Origin: Octopus vulgaris
Taxonomy: Eukaryota
Assembly: GCA_951406725.2 (NCBI GenBank)
Contig: OX597821.1
Span: forward strand, 116,498,001 to 116,562,000
Length of the DNA: 64,000 bases
Direction: 5' to 3'
The number at the start of each line of letters is the position of its first letter. Position 1 is the first letter of the stretch. Under the pieces are notes generated by a model. It searched no databases, was not told where the DNA came from, and saw only the letters and a program-made list of their open reading frames with translations. The position numbers and the translations under genes are program-made. Shown piece after piece: positions 40,370 through 54,422 of the stretch.

Positions 40370-41376
40370 ATATATATATATATATATTTACTGAGTAGGG
40401 TGTATCAAGCAACCTTATCAGAAGATGCCTGAATTGTCCCGGGGCAAATGAGCTGAGTACAAGAGAGAGAAAGATAACAAAGGTCAAGATGTTTTGGTGC
40501 ACTGACCAAAGAAAGAAACGACTTTCAGTCAGTCTCAGATCATCAATGAGTGATATCATGGCCATCATCCTGATGGATAAACAAATGAAGAGAATACATA
40601 CATACATATATATATATAATAGATATATACATATATATATATATATATATCCTTAAATCCTTAAAAATGTTTCAGCCTGAAACCTGGGGGCACCACTGTT
40701 GACTGTGCTACACTAGTATGTGAAACCTCTGATACATGGTACTTGGTATCAGAGGTGGCACTTGGTATATATATATGCAGACACACACACACACATATAT
40801 ATATGCGTACATATAAATTCATGTGTATAGATACATATACAAGCATACATATATGATAGTCTTTATACTCAGAGTATTCAAGTTTCATGGAAATACATGA
40901 TGATCAGTTGTGTTCAGGGAAGAAGATGTAATAATTGATTACATCAACAAATGGATATTCAATATGGCTATGAGGAAAGTGTGAGATGATTATTCGAAAA
41001 TGAAAATAATTTTTATCAAATAAAATGAAAAATTGTTGATGCCGTCAAAAATTGCATTTTACCTGACAATTGCCAATGTGCATAGGCAGGAAATTTAAGT
41101 GACAGTTCCTCTGTTCTGGGTAATGTATAAAGACCAAGATGAATTGAGTTCTTGCCCCAGCATGGCCACGGCTTCGAGCTGAAGCCGATAAAAGAATAAT
41201 AAAAGAAAGAATACTGTGGCATAACATATATAAATTCAAAAATGCACACACACACAAATACATATTCCTTATATATGCATATTATATATATTATACAGTA
41301 TATAATACATATTATATATATATATATATGATATAATATAATATAATATATATATATGATATAATGTGATAGTGTG

Positions 41377-41413
<37 letters not shown>

Positions 41414-42025
41414 ATGTATATGAATATATATATATATATGTGCATATATATATACATACACATTATATATATCTATATATATATCAATATATGTATGTGT
41501 ATATATATATATGTATGTATGTATGTATATCATCATCATCATCATCATCATTTAACGTCCGTTCTCCATGCTAGCATGGGTTGGACGGTTCGACCGGGGA
41601 TCTGGGAAGCCAGAAGGCTGCACCAGGCTCGTATGTATGTATATATATATATGTGTGTGTGTATATATATATATCTGTATGTGTGTATATATGTGTGTGT
41701 GTATGTATATATATATGTATGTATGTATGTATATATATATATATATATATAACACACCTTGGCTGGAATGGAAGCCATATTAACATTAGCAAGATGGGAA
41801 GTGAGCTCTTTATGCTGTTGAAAGCAGTGGTACACACAAGGTTGTGTTGAAGCACAAAATTGTCTCTTCTCTGAAACGTGACCTTCTGCTGGTTTCTGTA
41901 AATAAAGTAATTAAAACTCTGCAGCGTTAGTGCGGTTACTAATCTGAAAATCCTATTTAACATTGATCTTTGTCTGGAACTCCAGATTACCATATCCTCA
42001 CTATTGATTTTTCTTAGTACATTAA

Positions 42026-42057
<32 letters not shown>

Positions 42058-42255
42058 ACGCATTCACGCACACACATTCACACACACAGACTCACATACA
42101 CACACACACACTCATATACACTCAATGACATTAATAATTATTGATATATTTGTTCTAAAAGCTTTACCAAACATCAAATTCAGTTTATATGTGTTTGTGT
42201 GTGCATGTGTGTTTGTATACACACACACACGCACATATATATATATATGTATATG

Positions 42256-42295
<40 letters not shown>

Positions 42296-42416
42296 GTATA
42301 TATATATGTGTGTGTGTGTGTGTGTATGTATGTATATACTCACACAGAGATACATACACACATATCTATATATATAGATAGATGCACACACACACACATA
42401 TATATATATACATATA

Positions 42417-42457
<41 letters not shown>

Positions 42458-42942
42458 ATATCATCATCGTTTATATATATATAGAGAGATGCATACATAT
42501 ACATACATACATATATATATTTAGTATATACAAACATATGTAGTTATGAATCAAGATAGACACACTCACACGTATTAGTATAGTTATACCATAAACTCCA
42601 TATTTTGTATGCCTTGTCAGCCGTAGACGTGCAAGGAATATAATGGGATCACAGGTAGACTAACAGAGAAGACATGTTTTGTATGTGTCAGAGGCGCTGG
42701 AATAATACACTTTATGAACAAAGCGGAAACAGATTCTCTGAAAATGCCCAGCTGGTTCACTAGAAGGAGCAGATAACTTTCTTTACCTTGGCAATCAGAG
42801 GAGGTAATTGTTTGGAAATATAATGGCCAGGGTAAGAATAGGTTGGAGAAAGTTCAATGAGCTGCTACCTCTGCTGGTAATAAAGGTTTTTTCCCTCAGA
42901 GAGGAGGATAGATTGTAAGATGTTTGAGTTAGAGGTGTTATA

Positions 42943-43135
42943 TCATCATCATCATCATCATCATCATCATCGTTTAACGTGCACTTTCCATGCTGTCATG
43001 AGTTGGACGGTTTGACTGAAGACTGGTGAGCCAGATGGCTGCACCAGGCTCCAATCTGGTCTTGCCGATCTTCTACAATTGGATGCCCTTCCTAACGCCA
43101 ACCACTCTGAGAGTGTAGTGGGTGCTTTTACGTGA
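42943..43135 (-). mobile_element. SINE family D
   Basis: (CAT)n tail, GGATGCCCTTCCTAACGCCAACCAC. Confidence 0.75.
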
Positions 43136-43139
43136 CACT

Positions 43140-43430
43140 CTTATGCTGCATAATAAAGTAATTTGGACCATGGACACAGAAGACTTGCAAAGACTAGAAA
43201 GAAATGAACCAGGCATGCTCTCATCAAAGTGTAATGTTAGTGTGTTTGAATGTCAGCATAACGAATGAACTGAGAGGGAATCTTCATGCAAAGCAGATCA
43301 ACTTTTGTGTACAAAGAAGACAAATGCATTAGTATGAACTTGTGATATACAGAGAGGATAATTGCTGCATAAAGAGCTGAGCTCTCCAATTTAGTGAAAC
43401 TCAGGAGGCCAACGAAAAGTGATGAAGGTT
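43140..43430 (+). mobile_element. RTE-clade LINE C-terminal fragment
   Basis: WTMDTEDLQRLERNEPGML..CNVSV..ELR resembles the RTE post-RT region. Confidence 0.55.
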
Positions 43431-44300
43431 GACCTGAAGATGCTGCAGTTGATGTATGGAGGTCAGCTGAAAAGTTCATAGGGTGGCCAAGATACTCTTG
43501 TGGAATGTGACCAAATGAGGTTTATTTTTCAACAGAGTCCCCCTTCCCCGCCCCCTCCATTGGTCCATACACTTCTTCCATTTGGTCTTGTGGTGCTTGG
43601 ATCCCGTTGGTAAAGAAGCTTTCATCCTGTTGGTCAAAAAAATTCATCAACAGCAGATATGAGACATCATCATCACTGTGATGCTGGTTCTCAGCCATGA
43701 GATTTTTCATGTTGGGGAATAGCTGGTAGTCAGATGGGGCCAAATCAAGAGAATAGGGAGGCTCATCAACATTTTCAAAGCCACAATCATACACAACAGC
43801 CATTGAAAGCAAGGACTTGTGCACTGGAACATTGTCTTGATCAACCAAGATACCTTTTGGCAGTTCTCTTGGGCATTTGGTCTTGATAGCCTTTTGTAAC
43901 TGCCTCAGTACCTTGGCATAGCACTCTCCATTGACAGCATGGCCCTTTTGAAGATAGCCAATAAACACAATGCTTTTGTATCCCTAAAAACTGAGGCCAT
44001 CACCTTCCCTGCAGATGAAATGATCATGACCTTCAGTAGAGCAGGTGAGGAGGGGCTGCTTGCACAGCATGGATTGTTTCTTTGTCTCTGATTCAGAAAA
44101 CATTCCAGGAAATCAGTTGGATCTGCCTCAAACAAAGTCAGATCTTGCCATGATGGGATCAGCCTGGTGTCAGAAGACATGGCACCCACGGAACAGAAAT
44201 CTTCATCATGTCAAGTTCATTGTGCAGAATATTCTCAACTCTTTTACAGGATATGCTAATAGCATTGGCTATTTGATTTATAGTCAATTTCCTATCATCC

Positions 44301-44728
44301 AGGCACAGGAGTGGCTGTGTGGTAAGTAGCTTGCTTACCAACCACATGGTTCTGGGTTCAATCTCACTGCGTGGAACCTTGGGCAAGTGTCTTCTACTAT
44401 AGCCTCGGACCAACCAAAGCCTTGTGAGTGGATATGGTAGATGGAAACTGAAAGAAGCCAGTCGTATATATGTATGTGTGTGTGTGTGTGTGTGTGTCTT
44501 TGTGTGTGTATGTTTGTGTGTCTGTGTTTGTCCCCCCAACATCGCTTGGCAACCAATGTTGGTGTGTTTTCGTCTCCATAACTGAGCAGTTCAGCAAAAG
44601 AGACTGATAGAATAAGTACTAGGCTTGCAAAGAATAAGTCCTGGGGTCGATTTGCTCAACTAAAGGCAGTGCTCCAGCATGGTCGCAGTCAAATGACTGA
44701 AGCAAGCAAAAGATAAAGAGTAAAAGAG
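44301..44728 (+). mobile_element. SINE family B inserted in the mariner
   Basis: Full head, (TG)n and tail, splitting the transposase N-terminal region. Confidence 0.88.
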
Positions 44729-44842
44729 AATGTGGTGAACAGCATCTGTTTTACTTGGTGATGGCAGTTGCAGGACATCCAGACCTGGGGTCATATTCAG
44801 AATTCTCCCTTCCACTCCTAAATTCAGCTGCCCACTTTTACA

Positions 44843-45217
44843 TCTTTCTCTATATAAAGCTGAAGTTGTCTGTGTATGGCAGGTTTGGTAGCCTTCAACT
44901 AACACTATCTCCTTAGAGACCCTGCGGCGCAAGTTGACCAAAATTGAGAGTATGATTGAAGAAGGCTTGCTCTTCTGTACGTAGAAGAAAAAATTCAAAT
45001 CGGACCATGTTAACACCAAAAATTATTTATATCACAAAGGTGCTTTTTTTCTATGAAAATCCCTATTTTTTACGATTTTTTTACTGTTGTGTAGCCATTT
45101 TTCGGTGTATTTCAACCAGAAAAATGTTCACTTAAAGAGAATAACAAGCTACATAATGCAAAATTCCAATTCTAAAGGGTTGAAACAAACCAGAGCAACG
45201 CCGGGTGATACTGCTAG
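44843..45217 (+). mobile_element. Non-autonomous Helitron
   Basis: A|TC 5' end, subterminal hairpin CCAGAGCAACGCCGGG, CTAG|T 3' end, no target duplication. Mariner sequence resumes on both sides. Second copy at 51069-51430. Confidence 0.88.
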
Positions 45218-45574
45218 TTATTGACAAAGTTGAAGCATCATTCCCTAATGTTAGCAGGAATGTCCTTGGGGGCCAAACCCTTTTTTTTCTACAAGTAATC
45301 AATAACAGCAAGATGCCAAATTTTGTTGATTTTGTCACAGGTAATTGCTTTTGAAGTCTACTTTGAACAGTGAGATGTCAGTTTACTTGGAAAGAAACAA
45401 GGTTCTCTGTTAATTTCAATATTTATTTTTAGCAGCTGAATGGACTGCAATAACTGAAAATAAAGGGCTTTGCTCAAAGATATTAATGCATCTCCCCGAT
45501 CAGGAACTGAACTTATGATCTTATTATTGAAAGCCCAGTTGCTTAACCACTTGGCCACATGCCTTTTCATATCT

Positions 45575-45820
45575 TGACTGGACTTGGAGTTAATAATGCA
45601 AAGAGGAGGACCAAAAATTCCATTACTAAAGCTGCAGGAAAGGCCACCAGGTGGCTTTGGATAAAGCAGGTAGGTCAGTGTTTGCTGCTATTGGGTAGCA
45701 AGTTGGAGCTTCGTCAACCTTGGCTGGGTTAAATGGGATAAGCGGTCCCATGCTGAAAGGCCTGAAACTGCCTGAGATCCCAGACACATCGCTGATGATG
45801 CATCCACCTCAGAGCATCTG
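45575..45820 (+). mobile_element. Hero/NeSL-clade LINE 3' fragment
   Basis: AAGKATRWLWIKQ followed by a 3' UTR GAAAC..GATCCCAGACACATCGCTGATGATG. Confidence 0.6.
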
Positions 45821-45867
45821 TGAACTGTATCTAGGATCTAAATTTATTTATCTTTTATCTTTTCTTT

Positions 45868-46260
45868 CACATTTTACTTGTTTCAGTCATTAGACAGTGG
45901 CCATGCTGGAGCACCACCTTGAAGAATTTTCGTTGAATAATTGACTCCAGGGCTTAATTTTTTTTTTTAAGCCTGATAAATATTCTATCAGTTATCCTTT
46001 CCTGAACCACTAAGTTATGTGAATGTAAACAAACCAACACCAGTTGTCAAGCGATAGAGAGCACACTCACAGACATAAGCACACAGAGGTACGCACACAC
46101 ACACATACACAAACACACACACACACACAAATGATGGGCTTCTTTCAGTTTCCATCTACCAAATCCACTCACAAGGCTTTGGTCAGCACAAGGCTATAGT
46201 AGAAGACACTTGCTCAAGGTGCCACACAGTGGGACTGAACCGAGATACCTGAGGTTGGGA
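45868..46260 (-). mobile_element. SINE family B
   Basis: Reverse complement of the 44301 copy, 5'-truncated. Confidence 0.8.
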
Positions 46261-46702
46261 ACTGTTTTATTTTTAAACATAAATACCATGAGATGGAAAA
46301 AAAACCACTGCAAATGAAAGGTGGCAGACGTCTCAATCAAGTCTGTAATTATTAGAGATGACATTTTTACGTACTTCCATTTCCAAACGAGAGTCTGATA
46401 AGGTCAGAGTAATTAAAATAATCTTACACCAAACATTTATGGAGTTATGGATCTCTTTTATTTGCAAACTTGATATTTCAGCTCATCCTCATATTATCAA
46501 AAGCAAAAAGAAAAAAGACCTGGCTGAGTTCTTCTTGTCTGTTGTACCAACAGATTAATACAAATACATCTCAATAAGATTGGGAAAACTACACTGCTGG
46601 CAGACATGTCACTTTCCTCCCACGCAAGTGGCAAGCATTAAATACACATTCATCTTCTTCACTGCTGTCTGACAAACGTTCATGGTACACCTAGATGTTA
46701 AC

Positions 46703-46743
<41 letters not shown>

Positions 46744-47492
46744 CACATATACATACATATATATACACACATACACATACATATATATTTATTACACATA
46801 CACACACATACATATATGTATATATATATATACATACATACGAACACACACACACATATTTTTATATACATACATACTAACACACACACGCACACACACA
46901 CCATATATATATATTCATATAAACACTCACACAGACCTACACACTCTCACACACACACATACACACATGAGCGCGCATGCACACACACCTGCACATATAC
47001 ATACCTAGGCACCGAGCAGAGATGTCACTTTCCTCCCACGCAGGTAAGCAGGCATTAGATACACATCATCCATCTTCTTCACTGCTGTTTGACAAACAGA
47101 ATACACACAGAGCTGCAAACACACATGCACACACACACGCACGCACGCGCACACGCCTGCACATATACATCTCTAGACACACACACAGTAAAGTAATGTC
47201 TATTTATATTGGCTTATATGATCTTGAGTAGACATCTAACAAGTTATTTATCTTGACAGCCAGAGAAAATTGTGTAACTATCAAATTATTTAAGATCTCG
47301 ATAATAATTTCAATGTTTTCCCCCACCACCATCACCACCAACACCATTCCCCCTTCTCTTGTTTCGCGAAACATTGAATGGTACACACCTCATGTCAGTA
47401 AATCTTATTTCGAGAAGATTTTCCTTCTAAGCCAAAATATATTGACTGATGATAGACTAGAGCAACCATCCTTCCCGAATATTCAAAGAAAC

Positions 47493-47650
47493 AGGCACAG
47501 GAATGGCTGTGTGGTAAGTAGCTTGCTTACCAACCACATGGTTCCGAGTTCAAGCCCACTGCATGGCACCTTGGGCAAGTGTCTTCTACTATAGTTTCGG
47601 GCCGACCAAAGCCTTGTGAGTGGATTTGGTAGACAGAAACAAGCCTGTTG

Positions 47651-47702
<52 letters not shown>

Positions 47703-47909
47703 TATATGTCTGTGTGTCTGTGTTTGTCCCACCAACATCGCTTGACAACCGATGCTGGTGTGTTTACATCCCCGTAACTTAGCAGTTCAGCAAAAGAGAC
47801 CGATAGAATAAGTACTAGGCTTCCAAAGAATAAGTCCTGGGGTCGATTTGCTCGACTAAAGTTCGTGCTCCAGCATGGCCACAGTCAAATGGCTGAAACA
47901 AGTAAAAGA

Positions 47910-47950
<41 letters not shown>

Positions 47951-48145
47951 CATGTATGTATATGTATATGTTTGTGTGTCTTCCACCATCGCTTGACAGT
48001 CGTTGTTTGTGTGTTTATGTCCCTGTAACTTAGCGTTTTGGCAAAAGGCTTACAAGGTAAGTCCTGGGATCGATCTGTTCGACTAAAGGTGGTGCTCCAG
48101 CATGGCCGCAGTCAAATGACTGAAACAAATAAAAGAATAAAAGAA
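47493..48145 (+). mobile_element. SINE family B plus a tandem 3' half
   Basis: Full copy at 47493-47911 and a duplicated tail at about 47980-48145. Confidence 0.85.
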
Positions 48146-48400
48146 AAACAACTTAGTATAAAACCAAAGGAATTTCACCACCACCACCAAGAACAACAAC
48201 AACTACGACAACAACAGCAATGATGTCACCATCATCATCATTATCAACGAGCCATTGAGGAAACTTCTATGTGGTTGCCCGGCCTGGTAGAAATAGCAGC
48301 CAAAGCTGTCTGGAGCAGTGGTTCTCAAACATTTTTTTGCCCATGGAACCCTTTGATTCCTATTTAACTCCACTGGGCTCCTCCATAGTCATGTGATGTA

Positions 48401-48722
48401 CAGTAATCCCTCGACTATTGCAGGTGTTACGCTCCAAAACCCCCTGCGATAGGTGAAAATCGGTGAAGTAAAAACAGTGCTGTACTTTCTATTTGTTTAC
48501 TTGTTTCAGTCATTTGACTGCGGTCATGCTGGAGCATCGCCTATAGTCGAGCAAATTGACCCCAGGAGTTATTCTTTGCAAGCCTAGTACTTATGCTATT
48601 GGTCCCCTTTTGCCAAACTGCTCAGTTACGGGAACATAAACACACCAGCATCAGTTGCTAAGCGATGTTGGTAGGACAAACACAGACACACAAACATATA
48701 TACACACATACACATACATACA

Positions 48723-48796
<74 letters not shown>

Positions 48797-49109
48797 TATA
48801 TACACACACATACACATACATATACGATGGGCTTCTTTCAGTTTCCATCTACCAAATCCACTCACAAGGCTTTGGTCGGTCCGAGGCTATAGTAGAAGAC
48901 ACTTGCCCAAGGTGCCATGTGGTGGGACTGAACCCAGAACCATGTGGTTGGTAACACACAACTACTCCTGTGCCTGCATATTTTTTTCTTATTTTTATAA
49001 ATTGTATATATTTATTTTATAATAAATGCAAAACCACACGATGGGGGAATAAATGTAAGCTTAAATAATAAACTGCGATAGGTGAATCTCAACTGGCGAA
49101 GGATTACTG
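48401..49109. mobile_element. Tigger/pogo-type MITE, inserted in an hAT MITE and containing a SINE B (48495-48977, - strand)
   Basis: TA|CAGTAATCCCTCG ... CGAAGGATTACTG|TA. Confidence 0.8.
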
Positions 49110-49163
49110 TATATAATAAAAATCCAACTGTAGTTTTATAATTAAATATCAATAGGAATTATT

Positions 49164-49720
49164 CTTTTACTTGTCTCAGTCATTTGACTGTGGCCATGCT
49201 GGAGCACCAACTTTAGTTGAACAAATCAACCCCGGGACTTATTCTTTGTAAGCTTAGTACTTATTCTAGTGGTCTCCTTTGCTAAACTGCTGAGTTACAG
49301 GGACGTAAACACACCAACATCGGTCGTCAAGCAATGGTGGGAGGACAAACACACAAATACATAGATACATACATACACCCACTCACACACATATATATAT
49401 ATGTGTGTTTATCTCCTAAATACCAACCTACCCAAAAAACGTCCCCCACCACCACCCCATTAAATCTGCCTAAATGCATAAATACCAGAACTTATTTTGA
49501 CAGCCAGCTTCCTGAAGATTTCATCTGAATGAAACAGTTCTAGTCCTGTTGAAGCTCCTTCTATATATATATATATATACATACAACAGGCTTCTTTCAA
49601 TTTCCATCTACCAAATCTACTCACAAGGCTTTTGTTGGCCCAAGGTTATAGTAGAAGACTCTTGCACAAGGTGCCACGCTGTGGGAATGAACCTGGAACC
49701 ATGTGGTTGGAAAGCAAGCT
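49164..49720 (-). mobile_element. SINE family B, interrupted
   Basis: Tail at 49164-49350, head portion at about 49580-49720. Confidence 0.7.
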
Positions 49721-51068
49721 TCTTCTTCTACTTCTTCTTCTTCTTCTTACTCCTCCTCCCCTTCTCCTACTCCTTCTTTGCCTCCACATCCTCATCCCCT
49801 TCATCCCCTTCTCTTCCTCCTCTTCTTCCTCCTCCTTTTTTGTTCTTGCTCTTCGTACTATGTACGTTTATCTTTATGTTTGTGTTACCTCCACGCCACC
49901 ACTGCTTGACCACCGATGTTGATATACTTACGTCCCTATAACTTAGCAATTCAGCAAAAGTGACCGATAGAATAAGTGCGAGGCTATGATGAAAAAAAAA
50001 AAAGTCCTCAGGTCAATTTGTTCGATAAAAATACTTTGAGGCATTGCCCCAGCATGGCCACAGTACAATAAGTGAAACAAATAAAGAACAAAAGATGTGC
50101 CCAGTGCTTAAGGTAGGCTGGACTGACCTCTGAAAGATCTTGGTTTTGACCCTTTCTAACTCGTGAAGGTTATCTTTGAAAATCTTATCTGCAGACTTAG
50201 AAGTTCAGAAATGATGAGTTTGATAAGAGGAAAAGGTTTCAGGAAAATGGCATTTCTCAACACAACAACAAATGGTCTCAATGAATATGCACACACACTC
50301 ACATACACAATAACACACATACACATTCACACACATTCACACATAAACCCACACACACACTCACACACACTCACAATACCACACACACAGACACACTCAC
50401 ACACACACATTCACACACAAATTCACATGCACACATTCACACACACACTCACACACACTCTGTCACATGCACACACACACTCACACACACTATGTCACAC
50501 ACTCACACTCTGTCACACACTTACACACACACATTCGCATGCACACATTCACACACACACTCACACATACTCTGTCACACACTCACACACACACTCACAC
50601 TGTCACACACTCACACTCTGAGACACACTCACACTGTCACACACTCACACACATTCACACACACATTCTTAGGGAGATAAGTCTCGACTAATCATAAACT
50701 GAAACAAACAACTGCAAGACTGATGTAATATTTTGTTTCCAATTTTGGCACAAGGCCAGCAATTTTAGGGAGTTGGAACCCCAATACTTGACTAGTACCT
50801 GTTTTCTTGATCCTAAAAGGGTGAAAGCCTCAGCAGAATTTGAACTCAAAAAGTAATGAGCTGAAAGAAATACTGCCACACATTTTGTTAACGAGTCTTG
50901 CAGCTAATGACATCAGAGACATGCAAATTTCATAAACGATGTTATGGTGTTGCTGTGTGCAGAAGATGAAGATATTCTGAAAACAAGAATATGATTTGCT
51001 ATAATTTGGATGGATGTAAGCACTAAAACTTGGAGGGGGTTTTTATTTTTAAGGACTTTATTATTATA

Positions 51069-51430
51069 CTAGCAGTATCGCCCGGCGTTGCTCGGATTTG
51101 TTTCAGCCCTTTAGAATTGGAATTTTTGAAAAGTAAAAATTTGGCATTATGTAGCTTGTTATTCTCTTTAAGTGAACATTTTTCTGGTTGAAATACACCG
51201 AAAAATGGCGACACAGCAGTCAAGAAATCGTAAAAAATAGATGTAAATAATTTTTGGTGTTAACATGGTCCGATTTGAATTTTTTCTTCTACGGAAGGAA
51301 GAGCAAGCCTTCTTCAATCATACTCTCAATTTTGGTCAACTTGCGCCGCAGGGTCTCTAAGGAGATAGTGTTAGTTGAAGGCTACCAAACCTGCCATACA
51401 CAGACAACTTCAGCTTCATATATATAGAGA
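51069..51430 (-). mobile_element. Non-autonomous Helitron, second copy
   Basis: A|CTAGCAGTATCGCCCGGCGTTGCTCGG ... TATATAGAGA|T, the reverse complement of 44843-45217. Confidence 0.88.
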
Positions 51431-51431
51431 T

Positions 51432-51753
51432 TACAGAGATGTACTTGCATAGCACGTGACTTGATCTGAGATCGTGTGCTGCAACAAAAACAATTGCAGC
51501 ATGGAAGGTGTTTATAAGCCCTTTAAAACACACAAAAACTGTTGGATTCACTTCATTTAAATTTAATTTGCCAAAATATTTTCGTTGCTTTCAGACCGCG
51601 ACCTGCTCACTGATCACTGATGCAGCACGGAATTTTGTCAGTGAACAGGTCGCGGTCTCAAAGCAACGAAAATATTTTGGCAAATTAAATTTTAATGTTG
51701 AAGTGAATCTAACGGTTTTTGTGTGTTTCTTAAATGGCTTATAAACACCTTCC
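51432..51753. repeat. Leader + about 110-bp-arm fold-back element
   Basis: Arms 51503-51613 and 51638-51753 (GGAAGGTGTTTATAAGCC.. / ..GGCTTATAAACACCTTCC). Confidence 0.9.
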
Positions 51754-51754
51754 A

Positions 51755-52290
51755 CTTAATTTATCAACCCGAAAAGGATTAAGAGCAAAGTCGACCTCGG
51801 CAGAATTTGAACTCAGAACGTAAAGACAGACGAAATACCGCTAAGCATTTTGCCTGGTGTGCTAATGTTTCTGCCAGCTTGCCACCTTTTATTCTCTTCT
51901 ACTCTAAGTACAAAGCCCAGAATTTTGGGGGAGGGGCCAATTGATTGGTTCAACCTTAGTACGCAACTGGTACTTAAGGAATCGACCCCAAAAGGATGAA
52001 AGGCAAAGTCAACCTTGGCAGAATTTGAACTCAGAATGTAAAGACAGAGAAAATACCTATTTCTTTACTACCCACAAGGGGCTAAACACAGAGGGGACAA
52101 ACAAGGACAGACAAAGGGATTAAGTTGATTACATCAGCCCCAGTGCGTAACTGGTACTTAATTTATCGACCCCAGAAGGATGAAAGGCAAAGTCGACCTC
52201 GGCGGAATTTGAACTCAGAACATAGCAGCAGACGAAATACCACTAAGCGTTTCACCCGGCATGCTAACATTTCTGCCAGCTCTCTGCCTT
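51755..52290 (-). mobile_element. SINE family C cluster
   Basis: Reverse complement of the 28627-type element, 2-3 overlapping copies. Confidence 0.85.
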
Positions 52291-52794
52291 AGTGGGGATA
52301 AATATTAACGACAGATACAATGTACTACAGAAATGTGTGAAATGTGGTTCAGTATTAAGTGTGGTTGATTACTGAGAGCATGGTCATGAGTTCAAACTTT
52401 GCTGCAGATGTTGTTTATTGCCTCTGAACAAAGCATCTCTCTCTCTCAACTATATCTCTTCTATATAGCAAGACACCAATGCTTGTCCCTCTTATCATAT
52501 TTTAGCCCTTAACATCTGGCATATATCCACCTCCTCCAATTAAATACTCTCCCACAACTGTTTTATTTTTCCCTTTTTCTCTGTTCTTTTCTGCCTTTCA
52601 TGTTACTTGGTGACCTCACCAGTGCTGGTGCCACATAAAAAGCACCCAGTACGCTCTATAAAGTGGTCCACATTAGGAAGAGCATCCAGCCATAGGAACT
52701 ATGCCAAAGCTGACATTGGGTGTCTGATATACCACCGTACAGCTCACCAGACCGTGTCAAACTGTCCAAGCTCAGGACAAGGATGTTAAATGAC

Positions 52795-52813
52795 AAAGAT
52801 GATGATGATAATG

Positions 52814-52871
<58 letters not shown>

Positions 52872-53147
52872 GGAGGAGGAGGAGGAGGAGGAGGAGGAGG
52901 AGGAGGAGGAGGTGGGCTGTTCTCATTTCAAAGCTTTCATTTTCCAGTCTCAGAGAAAATGGGATCAACCTTGTTAACGCTACAACTCGAACTCCTGAAG
53001 GTGGAAAGAGTGGCAGAAAAACCCTAAGGAGAAACCTACTGGGAAAACTGTGTGATTTTGGAATTTGAAGAGTGAGACATTGGGGTGGGGGTGAGAAAAG
53101 AACAGGTAGAGGTACTGAAGGGGTTTGGATTAAGGAACTGCAGCAGC

Positions 53148-53205
<58 letters not shown>

Positions 53206-53240
53206 CCAGCAACAGCAGCAGCAGTAGTAGTAGCAGCAGA

Positions 53241-53281
<41 letters not shown>

Positions 53282-53300
53282 AAGCAGCAGCAGTAGTAGT

Positions 53301-53371
<71 letters not shown>

Positions 53372-53381
53372 CAGCAGTAGT

Positions 53382-53458
<77 letters not shown>

Positions 53459-53468
53459 CAGCAACAGC

Positions 53469-53500
<32 letters not shown>
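52795..53500. repeat. Compound trinucleotide microsatellites (GAT)n(GAG)n and (CAG/TAG)n with (GA)n
   Basis: Direct reading. Confidence 0.95.
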
Positions 53501-54099
53501 TTAATACATACAGAAAGACCAATACAAAGAGCTTTCCCCCCTCCTCTCTTCCCCCCTCCTCTCTTCCCCCCTCCCCCGCCCGTATAAGTGTCTGCTTGCA
53601 AGTCCATGTTTGTGTTGGCCATTTTCTGGCCGTTATCCTGTTATCACGTGCCCTGCCACCTCAGCATTAGACATGTTTGCCCCGTAATCAGTTCATCCAG
53701 GCTATCTGTACCACGTGGTAAGGTCGTCTGGTCATCGGTGAAGGAAGCCTAAATTTTGAGGATAAAGCCTTGAATATAATACAAATTACGGACAAAGAGG
53801 TTCTCCTGAAAGGTCAAACAAGATTATAAAGCTCAGAGCTTGTGGTAAGCTTGTGAATAAGTTTTGGTTGTGTTTAATAATAAGCAAGACATTAAGCTGT
53901 CAAAACAGGGGGTAAATTATGGCAGCGCAGAAATATGGAAGACAAACACGCCTAAATGAAAAAATATGGAAGACAAGCACACGTAAATAAAATATGGAAG
54001 ACAAGCACACGTAAATGAATACCGCAAACGAAAATATTATGTAGGCGTAGTTAAATGAGCTTGTATGTGTGTATATGTATGTATGAATGCATGTTTGTA

Positions 54100-54382
54100 T
54101 GTCCATTATTCAGTTTATTTCAAGATTTCTTGCCAATGGAGGAAAAACCAGTTTCTAACAAAGATCCAAGGTTCCTTCGGTGGAATTTCAACAACACCAA
54201 CAGGGTATTTTTGTATGTATGAATGTATGTATGTATGTACGTATGTATGTATGTATGTATGTATGTATGTACGTATGTATGTATGTATGTATGTATGTAT
54301 GTATGTATGTATGTATGTATGTATGTATGTTTGTATGTTTTATGTATGTATTATCATGCATATAGTTGCATATCTGGACATG

Positions 54383-54422
<40 letters not shown>

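Larger units (their letters stand above)
43455..45400 (-). mobile_element. Degraded mariner transposon (transposase pseudogene) with a nested SINE and Helitron
   Basis: Motifs WVPCLLTP, SAGKVMASVF, QDNVPVH and PPYSLDLAPSDYQLF (WVPHEL and YSPDLAPSD signatures), HTH region KWAAEFRSGR, TIR-like TATGGAGGTCAGCTGAAAAGTTC at 43455. Frameshifted. Confidence 0.9.

Noticed and set aside
40515-40552. Minus-strand uUGAUGA..GAAAGUCG hammerhead-like string
   Set aside because: Helix II is poorly paired and helix I is absent; too degenerate to call
52786-53622. Poly-Ser/Cys/Ala/Leu ORFs
   Set aside because: Simple CAG/TAG repeats open in several frames, with no splice or homology support
53630-53690. Minus-strand peptide MSNAEVAGHVITG resembling a tyrosine-kinase segment
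   Set aside because: Bounded by stops on both sides, with no other kinase motifs
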